DNA from: Xylographa opegraphella
Taxonomy: Eukaryota
Assembly (NCBI GenBank): GCA_022813865.1
Contig: JALDZX010000013.1
Location: 124,001-188,000, forward strand
DNA length: 64,000 nucleotides
Direction: 5' to 3'
In this document: positions 23,548-36,529 of the stretch, in pieces
Layout: every line of letters begins with the position of its first letter
Position numbering within the stretch: the first letter of the stretch is position 1
Program-made: the position numbers and the translations under genes
Notes under the pieces: model-generated
Databases searched by the model: none
What the model was told of the DNA's origin: nothing
What the model saw: the letters and a program-made list of their open reading frames with translations, nothing else

Positions 23548-25889
23548 TCAGAACTGCCCACCGTTCCCGAGTTGACCAAGATAGCCTTGGCCATAGTCAT
23601 TCTCTTCCATCTGATTCACATCCACAAACTCCGACATGTCAGTATCATTGCTCGTCTGCTCCGAAGGTCGATCGATATCCATGACCATATTCGGTGTCGA
23701 TATTGCAGGATCCATCGGGAAGCCAAGAGGCTGTGCAGCGACAGCCCTTCGTGCCCCAATGACCGTGCCTTGTGGCAGAGACGCTCCAAATGCCTCCAGC
23801 CTGTCGTTCTTCTTGATGCCAAGTTTGTTTGCGGAGTGTGTAGCGTCGCCCCGACCGTTAAGCATGGTCCCAACGTCAGCAATTTCCCCTTTGCTCAGCG
23901 ATTGTGCAAAGTCGGCTTGGCCCTTGAGGATCGGAAGGAGGATTCGTGACTCGTACCACCTCCCTTTGACTTCCCCCAGGCCCAATCGTGCTTGTGATTG
24001 GACGAGTTTCCAGAATGAGATCTGCGATTTGTGTGCAATCGTGATTCGATTGCGGTAATTGAGGTCTTCCTGTACGCGTACCGGAAGAAATGAATTGCCT
24101 GGCATTGGCTGCTTCGGATTGTAATTGACCGTCTGAAAACTGTAGATGTCACCAATGACAAACATTTCCGAGGACATTGCGCCCTTCGGGGTCTGCGATG
24201 ACTTTTCAACGATATGGTGGACAATCATAATATCTTTGCCGCTGCCAGTTCTTAAGCGGATTGCTTCGCCGTGCCAAAGCTTCTCACCACCACAGTAAAC
24301 ACCATTGTATTGAGTATCCGAAACAGTCGTTCGTGCACTTGTCCGTTCAAAAGGTGTGTATGTACTATCAATCATTTTCGCAGCGAAGATACTACCATCC
24401 ACTTCGGCATCTCCCGGACCGTACAAACGCTGTAAAACGGCCCTCCAATCCACCATATCATAGGTCAGTCCTTTGTTTGCTAGAGTCTGGTGAGTGGGGT
24501 CAGGGGCACTCCATGCAAGCCAGGGTCGCAATTTGTCTTCTTGAGCTATTGACAACGCAGGAGGGTGAGCAAATGGATGTGATAATGGTTGCACAGTGTA
24601 TTCTGGTCGATCCTGATGGCGTTGATCCTTGAAAAGCGACCGCATAGTAATAACAGCTAATCCCCAGGCACTACCACGGTTGAACCAAACGATTTCCCCG
24701 GGACGGTAAAGAAACTTGTTGCACTGGGCATCCACCGCTTGTTCATAGTTGCGAGGAGCCGCCAGTGGTGTCGGTGTTAACAAGGCAGGTGGGACTGCTG
24801 CTGGTGCTTGGGGGGCCGGCAGGACCACAGAAGACTTCGGTACTGGTCGAAGTTAGTCAAATACTGTCTATGAAGACTAAAACGGAGAATTGAAAGACCT
24901 GGTTTGAAGAAATCCAACCTTACCTGATGCGTGTGAGTTTGATGAGATAGGCGCAGCTTCATTCTTCACCAGAGGCTGGGCAGGAGCGCTGGGTTGAGTA
25001 TCATTCCTGGCCTTGATCTGTGTCTGTGACGGAACTCGTACGGCTGGGTTCTTGGAACTGGCGGACGCATTGCTTGGTTTTCGATCTGCACTAGCATTGG
25101 GCAGGGGTTTCTTCTCTAGTTGTCCTGAGTTTTCACTCTCTCTCGGCCCAGCTCCGCTCGTCGCACTCATGCTTTGTTGAATGCCGCTTTGCCCACTTTC
25201 GTTTGGTCGTCCTCCGCCTGGTCCGGCCATGTTTGCTCCCATACGCTTTGACGAAATGATTTTGTTCGCGGTGTCGATCATTTCATCCGGACAGCAGATT
25301 TTGCAACTACAATTCTCGTGATCACCAGAGCCATCCGTGCACAGCCAATATAGGTGAGGGAAGAACTCTGCTGGACTTCGGTACCGCTTTTTGCGGCCCG
25401 CCGGATGACCATATAGATAACAGTCACGCCGGTCACTATTCGAATGCCGGCCTTTTCCAGTAGAGGATTCCGTACCATCAGACTTGGCGACCCTGCAGTG
25501 TTCATACAGCCGAAAATGTTCTGGGAAATCCGCTAGGATATAGCCCTCGTCTGCCGTGGTCAAATCAGCCTCAAAAGATCATATATATTATCCGACATTT
25601 TGTCAAATCACTTACTTTGAGTTTCTTTCTTCCCAAATTCTCTCATAAGCATTCCTCCAAGCTTACGTCTCCATTCTATGTGTTTCGGATGGCTGACCTT
25701 GAGCTTCTGGTAGAATGTGTACAGCCCTTTGCTATCTTTGACCTTCTGGAGCTGAGCTTGGGTTGGTCCATTTGCTTCCCGCTTACGGCCTGTATTGCCC
25801 TTCTCGCTCTTCTTCACAGAAACCTCTAGCTTACCGTCGGACAGCTGAAGATACACGAGCCAAAGTTTCATAGTCGGTGAGGGTGCCAT
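23548..25889 (-). CDS. clr2: Transcriptional silencing protein Clr2 (cryptic loci regulator 2)
   Basis: 3 exons. EWRRKLGGML, YILADFPEHFRLYEH, YLYGHPAGRKKRYRSPAEFFPHLYWL..CSCKIC, YRPGEIVWF, LRPWLAWS, YNGVYCGGEKLWHGEAIRL, VKGRWYE. Confidence 0.85.
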
Positions 25890-26624
25890 CGCAACTGTTG
25901 AATCCGGAACAATGTTACTGCTAATATTCGGTTTGAGTCCTCTGGCCAGTATTTTCTTCTAAGTAAATCGCGTTAGCAACCACCCTTGACTAAGAAATCG
26001 CGATCGTAGAGATCGGCCTCGTTCACAGGGACGACTCATGAAGAGGCTGATAGAAAATGATCCTCACTTCGTTCCTCCAGCGCTTCGTTCACGAAGTCTT
26101 CACTTTAACAAAGAGCTCCCACCGCCATAGTCAACTTTAAGTAGATTGACGCCACAGAGAAAAGTTATGGACCGTCGTTCTACATGGGACTTTCCAGATC
26201 GCGTGGATTTGAGAATCTTGACGTTTTCCAATACGCATAGCACCGTATTCTATTTCTTGGCGCAAGGCCCCACCGGATTTCTTGCCGGCGACAGACAAGG
26301 CGCATTTGACAGTGCATATCACAGCGCAGCGAACATCAGTGATTAAAGATCTAAGTCTAAAGCTTGGCATCTACCTAGACGCGACGAGCGACATCTGTGC
26401 AATGAACAAGCTGATGCTACATGTCAGCTTACCAATCAGACATGGCAAAGTCCGTAATGTCCAATCTCGATACTTTCAAAGCCGAACTCTACCTCAGTGT
26501 TGCCTGCATTGACACATCGAGACGAACGTCAAAGCGTGGCCGAAGTCGTAAAGAGGCACCCGCCGTCTTATCGTAAGAATCTCTGGTACTATATGATACA
26601 GTTGTAAGTGTTCGAAGCAAGTCG

Positions 26625-29600
26625 CTACATGGTGATACGTTGCGTGCGCTTCTTGAAGGATGCACTGACGGAAGCAGACTTGGTCTTGCCTCTCGCGCTT
26701 GCAAACAGCCTAGATGTATCGGCAGACTCGACTTGTGGAGTGCTAAGACCGGACTCATCCAGAGTAGTGGCATCCGTCATGGATCCGGCCCGGCTAAACG
26801 ATGCGGCCATCTTTTTTTCGACATCGTTAGTCGTCATAGCCAATGGCTTCGACTCCAACATGTGCTTGTACTCCTCGTCGTATTCCTGAGCTTTGTTCTC
26901 GCAGAATCTCTTGGCCTCGAGATTCTCGATGTGGTGGTCTTTACAAGAAGGGCAGCTGATATAAAACGCCTGGGCAACTTCCGGAAAGCCTAACAGTTCG
27001 TATTCTTTGAGATTGTTACCTACCATTGTGGTTTTGTCGAATTCCAAGCAGTCCTCGCAGTAACCCCGCTCGCACCAGCGGCACCTATATATCATTCCAC
27101 CTGCATCTCCAGTCTTCTGAAGACAGTCGACACATTGATGTTGGGAGCAATGGAACTGTGTTTTGGCCTTTGACAAAGTTTTAAAATGCTTGTCAAGACA
27201 CATGTAGTGATACGATCTTGGGCAAGTCGAACAGAGTATGAGCTCTCCTCCATCCCAGCAAACTTGGCAGTGCTGGAGAATATCAGTCAATTGTCTCAGG
27301 GCCGGGCTAGAGCATGTACATACACCTTGGTTTTCGACAGCGGCCTTCTTCTTCCTAATTGGTTCGGCCAGTCGAGGATCCTTGCCAGCCATAGTAGGCA
27401 CTGCTTCCCATTCTGCACATCCCATACTCTCTTTGCTTATTGCAAAGCCATCTATCATGACAGTAGTATTCTTGCCAATTCTGCGCTCCGCCCTCGCCCG
27501 ATCCAGATCAGAGACTGGGTAGACACGCTCTTTTGTCATATAGGCTTTTCCTTGGAACACTCGCGATTCAACTTGCTCAATTTGTGCAAGCCATTTCTTT
27601 TCCGCTTCTTCACTTACTGGGGCGTTGACTTGGGTCTGTTCTGCCACATGGATATCGGCCGGTTTATCTTTGCATTTCTCAAGCATTGTCTCAAAGTCCC
27701 ACGAAACCATGTCATCCACGTTTATCTCTGGATGAGAAAGTGCCTGGGCACCTCTCCGCACAAGAGACATCAACTGGCTGGTATTCAGTTTCGGCGCATC
27801 TTCGTCAGCTGTGACACTGGTACGACCTTGGTGTTTAGCACGTCCTGTCTTGGGAGCAGTGTGAATGTCCCGCATCGACTCCGTGACTTTTGCTGACAGA
27901 TAGAGCTTCTTCTGTATTCTTCCCATCATTTGCTCTTCGACTGTGCCTTGCGTACAGAGCTTGTATATGGTGACTGGCTGTGTCTGACCCTAATAAATTT
28001 CAGCACCACTAACCTGAACACAAATCGCAGAAACCTACAATGCGATGAGAACGTGCTTCTGCTTGGAGCATGATCTGAGGGTTCCAGTCTCTGCGGCAAT
28101 TGTTAAAGCATGTTAAATCTCAGAAATGACAACTCACTGGTCCAGCATGATAACATCCGACGCCGATGCTAAGTTAATCCCAAGGCCTCCAGCGCGTGTC
28201 GATATCAGCATCACCCGGTAATCGGACTCCTTGTCGTTGAAAAGGCGAATTCCAAGGTTTCGGCGTGCTCGACCCGTTCCTCCATCCAAACGTACATATT
28301 TGAATGCCTCCCCGTCCCCGCCCCGCAGAGTGAGGAAATCCTCGCAGCAGTCTAACATACGAGTAAAGCCCGAGAATATCAAAACCTTCTTCTTCTGCTT
28401 CACGACGAGTTCTTGGACGATCTTGTCGAGAACAATGAACTTGCCTGATGCGTGGATTACATGCTCTCCCAGATAGTAAGGATCGGGACTAGCGTGTGGC
28501 AAGATGTAAGGGTGATTACAGCACTAAATAAAGTCTTAGATGAAAACGCATGAAAAGACTGGCTCTCGCCCCAAAGCTTACCTTTCGTAGTTGCATCAAA
28601 AGGTTCAAGAGCTTTTGAAATGCAGTCTTCTTGCCTTGGTCCAGCTCCTCTTGCACGATAGCTTGACGCATGATCTCTTTGCTTTCTTCCCAATCAGCTG
28701 CTGTCGTGCCCTCCTTCTCCATCTTTTCCAATTCCTCAATTCCTGCTTGCTCCCAAACCTTCTCCTCTTTAGATTCCTCTTGCAAAGCCTTCGCTTCCTT
28801 GGCCTTCGCGTCATGAAACAGCTCTTCCAGTAGGCCTTTGTCTGCACGTGTAAGTAGCCTTGTATACCAAAATCGCTGCATAGGCGTGAGGGGGACGAAA
28901 AGAAGAACATCGGTTTTGGGGGGCAGATTGAGATCAACTCCTGGACTATTCTTCATACGACGCAACATTATCAACTCCAGCAAGCTCCGAGCATCGTCCA
29001 TAACAGCAGTGCTGACCTTCCCTTTTGATAAATCGAATGACTGCTTGAATAAATCCGAGGTCTTGTCGGTAAACACTTCGGGATACAGCCAGTGGAAAAG
29101 AGCCCACAGCTCCATCATATTGTTCTGCAATGGCGTCCCGGTCAAAATCAGTCGAAATTCGGCTCCTAGCCCCTGGAGAGCTGCTGAAATTTGAGACAGG
29201 TCGTTTTTGATTTTATGGCCTTCATCCAAGATGACATACTTCCATACGAACGCACGTTTGAACCAAGATTCCTCTGCAGAAAATGTTTCATAAGTTGTCA
29301 CAACAAGATCAACACCGGATGATTCTTCCGGCTGATCATCAGCCTCCAAGTCGATAATGGTCTTACCAGCTGCAGTGAGGCGTTGATACTTCTTTCTAGT
29401 GGCAGAACGAGTTTGATTGCCGTACATATCTTCCTCTCCAGTCACTACCCTCTTTAATCGGTTCCTCTCATTGATGGGTCCATGGAATCGAACGACCTTC
29501 AGGCCTGGTGTCCACCGGCGACACTCAGCCATCCATGAGCTCAATACACTTAGTGGACACACAACTAAGGAAGGTCGTGACTCCTCGTCGGCGCTAATCA

Positions 29601-30606
29601 GCACAGGGTTTTCCTTGAGGTACTGGATTAACGATAATGTCTGTAAGGTCTTTCCTAGTCCCATCTCATCTCCAAGGATTCCGGAGAGCCCATTACGTTG
29701 GAGGTAGACCAAGAAAGACAATCCAGCCAGTTGATACGGCTTCATAGTAGCAGTGATTCTGTACAACTATGTTAGATGGCAAGGAGTGTATACGTAAGAC
29801 AAGAATTACCCTTCTGGTTGCGCAATGCTCTCATATGGGGCCAGCATGTCCTCAGTGGACTCGGCACTGCGTTGGATCGTAGCTTGCTCAACAATTCGCT
29901 TCACATAATTGCTCTCGGGCAAAAGGGGCAGGAAGTAATTTTTTTGGGCGATGAAAAACTTTACCCTTTTGGCAGTAGTTTCAGTGGCTATGAAATCACG
30001 CGTCTCGTTACGCTTGGTCCTTGGAGCGTGACCAGGTGGAACATCTGAGACAACCCGGGGGTTGTGTTGCTTGCTCTTCGGCAACAAGACCCTTCGCTTC
30101 TTCAACACTGGCTTGTCCCCATTTTCCTGAGCACGAAGCGAAAGGTGTAGATCTTTCTGCTGTCTAAGTTCGTGACCAGCTGTTGAGAGACGTGGTGGTG
30201 GTGTCGTCGGACGTGTTATCTCCTCTACCTCATCGTCCTCGTTTTCAAGGTCTATGATAGTTCGAGTACGTTTGGCTTTCTGTGGTGTGTGAAATGTCGA
30301 TGATGCCCCAGAGATGGACGCATGCTCATCGGAATCGTCTGATATTGCATAGCTAACCTTCTCTTTCTGGCGAAGATCTCGTCCTTTCGACATTGTGATC
30401 TCAAATTTTGGAGGGGACAGCCACACTGCTGGTCTCTTCGGAGGTTGAGGTTTCGGGGAAAAGGCTGCAAGAATCTCTGACACTGTAGTCCTGTTCGATA
30501 CTTTGATACGAGGGCTACATAGGACGTGATCTGCACGGGAAGTGCTGTTTGTCCCGTCAGGCGATGATGTAGGTAAGGTGGGAGGAGTGGCCTGAAATGG
30601 TAACAT
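26625..30606 (-). CDS. SNF2/ISWI-family chromatin-remodelling ATPase with C-terminal PHD-type zinc fingers
   Basis: Helicase motifs LGDEMGLGKT, DEGH, LTGTPLQNN, ISTRAGGLGINL and QDWNPQ..QAEARSHRIGQ. C-terminal CQVCWDGGELILCSTCPRSYH..C..HCSQHQCVDC. 5 introns; the start may be 30393 instead. Confidence 0.88.
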
Positions 30607-30807
30607 ATTTGCTTTGCTGCTCTTGGAGCTACACCGTGAATGCGTAGAGAAGTACGCTAATCAAGGTTATCGAGATTGGCTCTTTTGTGGGAAGCGTGGG
30701 ATTCTACCAGAAAATAGGCGTAGGGTATGCAGGAGATTGGACGTCCATCATCACATAAGACGGTCGCTATACCATGTTGATGTAGATCAAAAGAACAATG
30801 CTGCAGT

Positions 30808-30920
30808 ACGCGTTAATGCGACCGCAATGTTACCGACGACGACAACAGGCTCTGGTTTACGGCGTTGCAATATATCTGTATCCTCTCGGACGTTTGAAAA
30901 GTGAGGCTCGCGTCACGCGA
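30808..30920. promoter_or_regulatory. Candidate MCB (ACGCGT) elements upstream of the SNF2 gene
   Basis: ACGCGT at 30808-30813 and the palindrome TCGCGT-C-ACGCGA at 30908-30920. Confidence 0.3.
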
Positions 30921-31108
30921 CTAGCGTGTAAATCTCGACAAACCACTTCATTTCCGTTTTCGGCCAACACTCTTCTACCCCGAATTTGGGAGCAAATCTC
31001 AACACAGCCTAAGTATACAGCTACAAATCTATGCATCCCATGACCAAATGCGTCAAGGAATGTGTAATGTACTCCGACGCTCAATGACAAATGCTCGAGC
31101 TGTTCCCA

Positions 31109-34053
31109 TTATGTCGAACCCTCCCAGGCCGGGTTCTGTAGTCGTGGTTAGCCGATCATATAGAAACCAGATTTGGTGGTTTTACCTTTCGCAATATCAC
31201 GAGCCCTTCCAGATTACTTGCTAAACTTATATATTGCTCGTCCTCCAATTCCGCCCTCTCGCCGTATGCCAGAAGTACTGGCGTACTTTGTGTCTGCCAG
31301 CCAGTGATAGTCTTCGGTCGTCCAGCCTGCCCAACCACGTCTACTGCTTGGCCAACTCGAACGTTGACTTGTAATGGTTTCAGATCTTCGTCTAATGTAA
31401 CCAGGAAGCGTGGGTGCATTGCGGTAACAATAAAGTAGAGTAAGTAGTGCGAATCGGCGAGAATGAATTGCTTAGCATCAATCAAAGTGACAAGAACGGT
31501 AAGCAGGCCTGCAGCGGCAACTTGTGATAGTATCTGACGGTCGGTGTGAAATGGATTGATCGACATCGTGCCCTTACCCATATGTAAAAGTCCTTGTGCT
31601 ATTCGGACCATGAAAAGGGAGTTTTGATCTCTGTGATAGTAGCTGGCCAGCTGTCGGAGAAGCTGGGCGAGTCTCGCGTTGTTGGTTCCAGCTCCAAGCA
31701 GGCCCATAGCGAAAATAGCATTTACGGCCACGTCGTTGTCATTGTCGTGACTATACCTTGAAAGCGTATCGTAAACCTTCATTTGTGGATTGCTGGGGCT
31801 AATGAGGCCCATGGCCAAGGGCACTGCCTTGCGAATATTCGGTTCGCCGTAGTGCATCAGATGACCAAATTGTCGGAGTACCATCTCTTGTCCAACTTCT
31901 TCGCCCATGGCGATAAGAGCCAAGCCAAGCACAGCGTACGTCTGAGTCAGTTCGTCACCTTTCTTGTCATCGCTATCTTCGATATGGTCGTTGCAGATAT
32001 GAAGCAGTTCTTGGAGCTTTAGGACAGTGCCCGTGCCAGCCCACGCGCACACCTCGGCAAGGACTGCTGCAGGTTTTGCCATCGGATGATCGATCGCCTT
32101 CATGGTCTCGAGGATAACCTCCACTTCTTCCTGCCTGCCGAAGAACAGCAGTGCAAGGCCGAGTGACATGAACCTTGTCCATTTGTCCTTGAGCTGCCTC
32201 TGGCGATCCTCGTCGAGAAGCGTAGTGATGATGGCTTCACTGACGGTGTCGTTGGCAGACCCCACAAACACCATGCCTAATGACAACGCAGCCATGGCAG
32301 ATAGTTGCATTTCCAGCGATGTGTCTTCGACTATTGGAAGCAGAAGCTCAAGCACTTTCTGTTTTTGTGTGCCTGCATAAGCAAGACCAAGACTCATGAT
32401 GGAAGCCAGCCTAACCGACACGTTTTTACTTCCAATATGATCCTCGTCGTCAAGAAGCGCCAGTGCAGGATCTGCGTCCAGTCGTACTCCCGAATTGAGT
32501 ATACCAATGGCTAGTGTTGCGCCGGCTCGAATCTCGTCTTCCTTTGCAGCGTTGTACTTGTCAAGCTTGTCAAGACCCATCTCCACATCCCATTGCATGA
32601 GCATACCCATGGACGCTGTTGCAGAGATCATCCCATCGTCCTTGGTTTTCCAAATCCAGCTGGCACCCTCACCCTCAACCAGCATCATCTTGTCACTTCC
32701 AAAGCCAGCATTTGCAAATGCATTGACAAAGGAACTTGCGAGATTGTGCCTTGCAGAATCGACGTTAGTCAAGCCTGCAGTCCGACTACTTTCGAGATGA
32801 CTTTTGTATATGTCTTCAGGCATCTTCGGTTCAAGAATGTTAAGCTCCTTGGCCAGCGATTTGAAATGATCAGACAGTTTAGTATTGCTCCAGCACTCTG
32901 CGATTTCCTCTTCTTCGGTCGTCTCGGTTGGCATCTCGAGCCACAGCTGTTGACGGGCTACTAGGAATGCCATTTGTTTCTTGAGTGCGACATCTTTCGT
33001 GTCGTCAAAATCTTGGTTTATGAGTTGATAGTCATTTAACCTGATCGCAAGCACCATTGCCTGTGATAACTTGTTGTATTGCTTGTAGATGTCATGAGCA
33101 GTGCGAAGGAATTGTTGATCTTCAGGATACGTAAGCAGATTGACCATGCTGACCATATACAAGCAGACTCGAGGGTATGTGTTCTCATCGAGATATCGCG
33201 GTAACTCGGATATCCTCTCAAGCTCGCTGAGCAAGTCGACCGCATCGGCCTCGGCGTTATGTTTCAAGAAATACGGTACAAGTGTCCGTGCTAAGTCAAC
33301 CAGCTCTTCTGTCTCGAGATCATCAGTCATTCTCCGTTGATAGTCTTGGCCAACTTCTAATGCTAAATGTCTGATATACTCATGACCCCACGACCCTAAG
33401 TCCCCAGATGGCGCAAGGAGGCGGTATTTGAGTGTCTCCAACTTCTCTTCGTCTCCATGGGTCATGCCCAGAACAGACAAGACATCTGCCAACGAGTTCT
33501 GTTGTTTTTATTAGCGTGGGCTTTGGAGTACGGAGAGCTTTGACCTGCCTTGTCTGTTCCTGCTGGCCACTGTTCATATAATTGGGTGAGGCTATCGTAG
33601 TGAGGTCTAAGGAATTTCAGAGGTTTTGGGACTGCGGTCATGGAAGAAGTTGAGGTCTTGATGAAGTTCTTGATCGCTTCTAGAGCAGGTTTGTAGAGAC
33701 TAGTATCCGGCTCCTACATCAGTGCCTCGTCAGCCTGCCGTAAGTCAATCATAAGAGGATCGGCGGACCTTAAGCCGTTCCACCAGCATCTCCAGCTCCG
33801 ACTTCAGTTGTTGATCTTCTTCGCTGAGTTCCTCTAGGACAGGAAGCTGCATTAGCAAAGCCAACTGACTCTCCGATGAAGTGTCACACATGCCTTCATG
33901 AGGTTCGTCACCCTTCTTGCCGTTGATTATGGGTTTCCCGTCCTTGTCTTTCTTGACTTCCTCTGATGCCGTGTCGCCGTTTGGAGTTTTCTCATCTTCT
34001 ATTTTGCCCTTCCCCTTCTCCGCCGCCGATAGCTGCCCATTCTCCTTCGCCAT
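31109..34053 (-). CDS. RPN1: 26S proteasome regulatory base subunit Rpn1
   Basis: [94 protein letters not shown]. 4 introns; last exon NPAWEGST*. Confidence 0.97.
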
Positions 34054-34540
34054 GCTCACGGCGAACTGCTTTGATCTTGTTTACAAGACCCTCAGAATTC
34101 GGAACAGGGAAGTGAAATGGGTATGAACGGTTATGGTATGGGTGTATGATAAGGTATGGTATGGTGTGGAATTCTCAGTTACTCGAGTTCGAAGACAAGT
34201 CAGGTTTTGCAGCTCCGTCGAATGAAGCTCACAAATGTTGTCGCGTTTAATAGTATGTAGTGATGAGCTTTCCTTGCGGCATTGCGCGCCTAAACGCGTT
34301 AGTCTGCCTGTCGTTTAACCAATTGGTAATGCCCGAGGGCCCCCGAACCCTGAGCTTCGGTCGGCGGTCCTGCCCCTATGCTCCCGTATATTGTAGAACA
34401 CTGCGTATATAGTCACAGCTGAAATGGGCCTCACTTATGATTTTTGCGTCAAGGTGTGAAAATAAAAGCAGGTAGATAACAATTTCTCGCTGCTACCTCC
34501 ACACCCCCCCCCCAACCACCACCCACCAAACCTCTCCAGT

Positions 34541-35995
34541 ATGAAGCTAGACACGAAAGCTCTACGATACCTGACCACGGAGGACTGGCGCGTCCTCACC
34601 GCCGTATACACATCCTCTCGACCCATCCGCTCCCAAGCATCCACTAACGACATCCCAGGTAGAGCAAGGCAGCAGAAACCATGAAGTGGTCCCCACCCCC
34701 CTCATCATCACCCTCTCCGGCCTCCGCGGCGGCAGTGGCGTCCACAGGAGCATCTCCACCCTCGCCAAAGCGAACCTCATTGCGCGGGTCAAGAATGCAA
34801 AATGTACATCTTCCCTCATTTCGCACTTCTCATCCCCCCATTCCCCACACTCCCCTACCCAACAGCAATTAACACACCTGCCCCCCTGACTACAGACGAC
34901 GGCTACCGCCTCACCTACGGCGGACTCGACCACCTCGCCCTACACACGCACCTCAAACACAGCACCCTCTTCTCGCTCGGCAACCAAATCGGCGTCGGCA
35001 AAGAATCCGACATCTACGTCGCCGCCTCCCCGGCCGGCATCACCCACGTCCTCAAGCTGCACCGCCTCGGCCGCATCTCCTTCCGCACGGTCAAAGCCAA
35101 CCGCGACTACCTGCGGCACCGCGCCTCCGGCTCGTGGATGTACATGTCGCGCCTGGCCGCGCTGAAGGAGTTCACGTTCATGAAAGCGCTGCGGGAGAAT
35201 GGGTTCGCGGTGCCGGATCCCGTCGCGCACAGCCGGCACACCATCGTAATGAGCCTCGTCGACGCCTTCCCGCTGCGCCAGATCCGAGACGTCCCGGACC
35301 CGGCGGCGCTGTATGCGGAGCTGATGGAGATGATCCTGCGCCTGGCGAAGTGGGGGCTCATCCACGGCGATTTCAACGAGTTCAACATCTTGATCAAGGA
35401 GGAGGCCACCAAGGAGCAGGTCCCGGCGGCGGATGGAAAGGAAGATTCGTTGCATAGTGCTGGCGAGGATTCGACGACACCTGGCTCTTTGACTAAGCTC
35501 AACCCCGTGTTGATCGACTTCCCTCAGATGGTCTCCATGTCGCATGCCGACGCGGCCATGTATTTCAACCGCGATGTGAACTGCATCAAGAATTTCTTCC
35601 AGCGGCGCTTCCACTTCACGAGCTCCGCTCCCGGCCCATTTTTCGAGGATGCTAAGAAAACGGTTGGGAGGGACGGGGTCAAACGCTTGGACGTTGAGGC
35701 GGAAGCCTCAGGCTTTTCCAAAAAGATGTCGAAGGAGCTGGAAGCGTACATGCGGGAGGTGGGCGTGGACGGTGATGGCGGGAGAAACGTGGACGTAGAG
35801 GATGATAGTGCGGCGGAGGATAGCGAAGGAAGTGGCAGGAGCGAGGACTCTGGCAATGACGAACAAACAACACTGGGGAGTAGCGAATCTCCTCACCTCA
35901 AGCAGAAATCTGAAGATGCCGGACTTTCTACAAAGGTCGCAGTCAGTTCAATCGATGACGGAACTAGTGTCTTATCTATCAATGACAATACTTAG
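34541..35995 (+). CDS. RIO2: Atypical Ser/Thr kinase Rio2 (40S biogenesis)
   Basis: MKLDTKALRYLTTEDWRVLTA|VEQGSRNHEVVPT, GYRLTYGGLD, IGVGKESDIY, HRLGRISFR, IHGDFNEFNIL, IDFPQMVS. 2 introns. Confidence 0.97.
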
Positions 35996-36529
35996 AAAGA
36001 GCTTTCACCGCGCATATGTTCATCTCTAGCAACTAATTTTCGATTGTGTCGCAGCCAGTATCAAGCTATGAACAATAAACCGACATCAGCAAATGCAACA
36101 ACAGAAAACCCTCCCCTGAATTTGGACCACGATCGCAAAAGCTAGTCGTACAAACAACTCTATGTCAACAAAGCGCCGACAACAATGGCTGAAGATGCTG
36201 TACTGCAAACACAGTCCACTAAGATGCTCTAATCGTAAGCTCATCTGTTTGGCAAACACTCCTCCATGTTTGACGTCAAACGGTTCGTAGTTTTTGAAAC
36301 CTCAAAAAGATAGGGTGATAGTGTTGAGAATGTCGAGTGGCTGAGATCGATAGTCAAGGATAATGTCGAGCTGTAGATTTAAAGCTGTTGCAAGTGATGC
36401 TGGGAGTTTGCTTGTATGGAATACTAGAAGTATTTTTCCGCCAAGAAGTATATTGATGCCTAAAACGCTCTGCATTCGATTTCTTGAAAGGCCAGGCTGA
36501 CTCTGCTATCCGACCGATAATTCCTAACA

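Noticed and set aside
26625..30606. Calling the SNF2 gene MIT1 or ISW2
   Set aside because: Domain order fits neither (no N-terminal PHD/chromo, no SANT-SLIDE), so no symbol was assigned.
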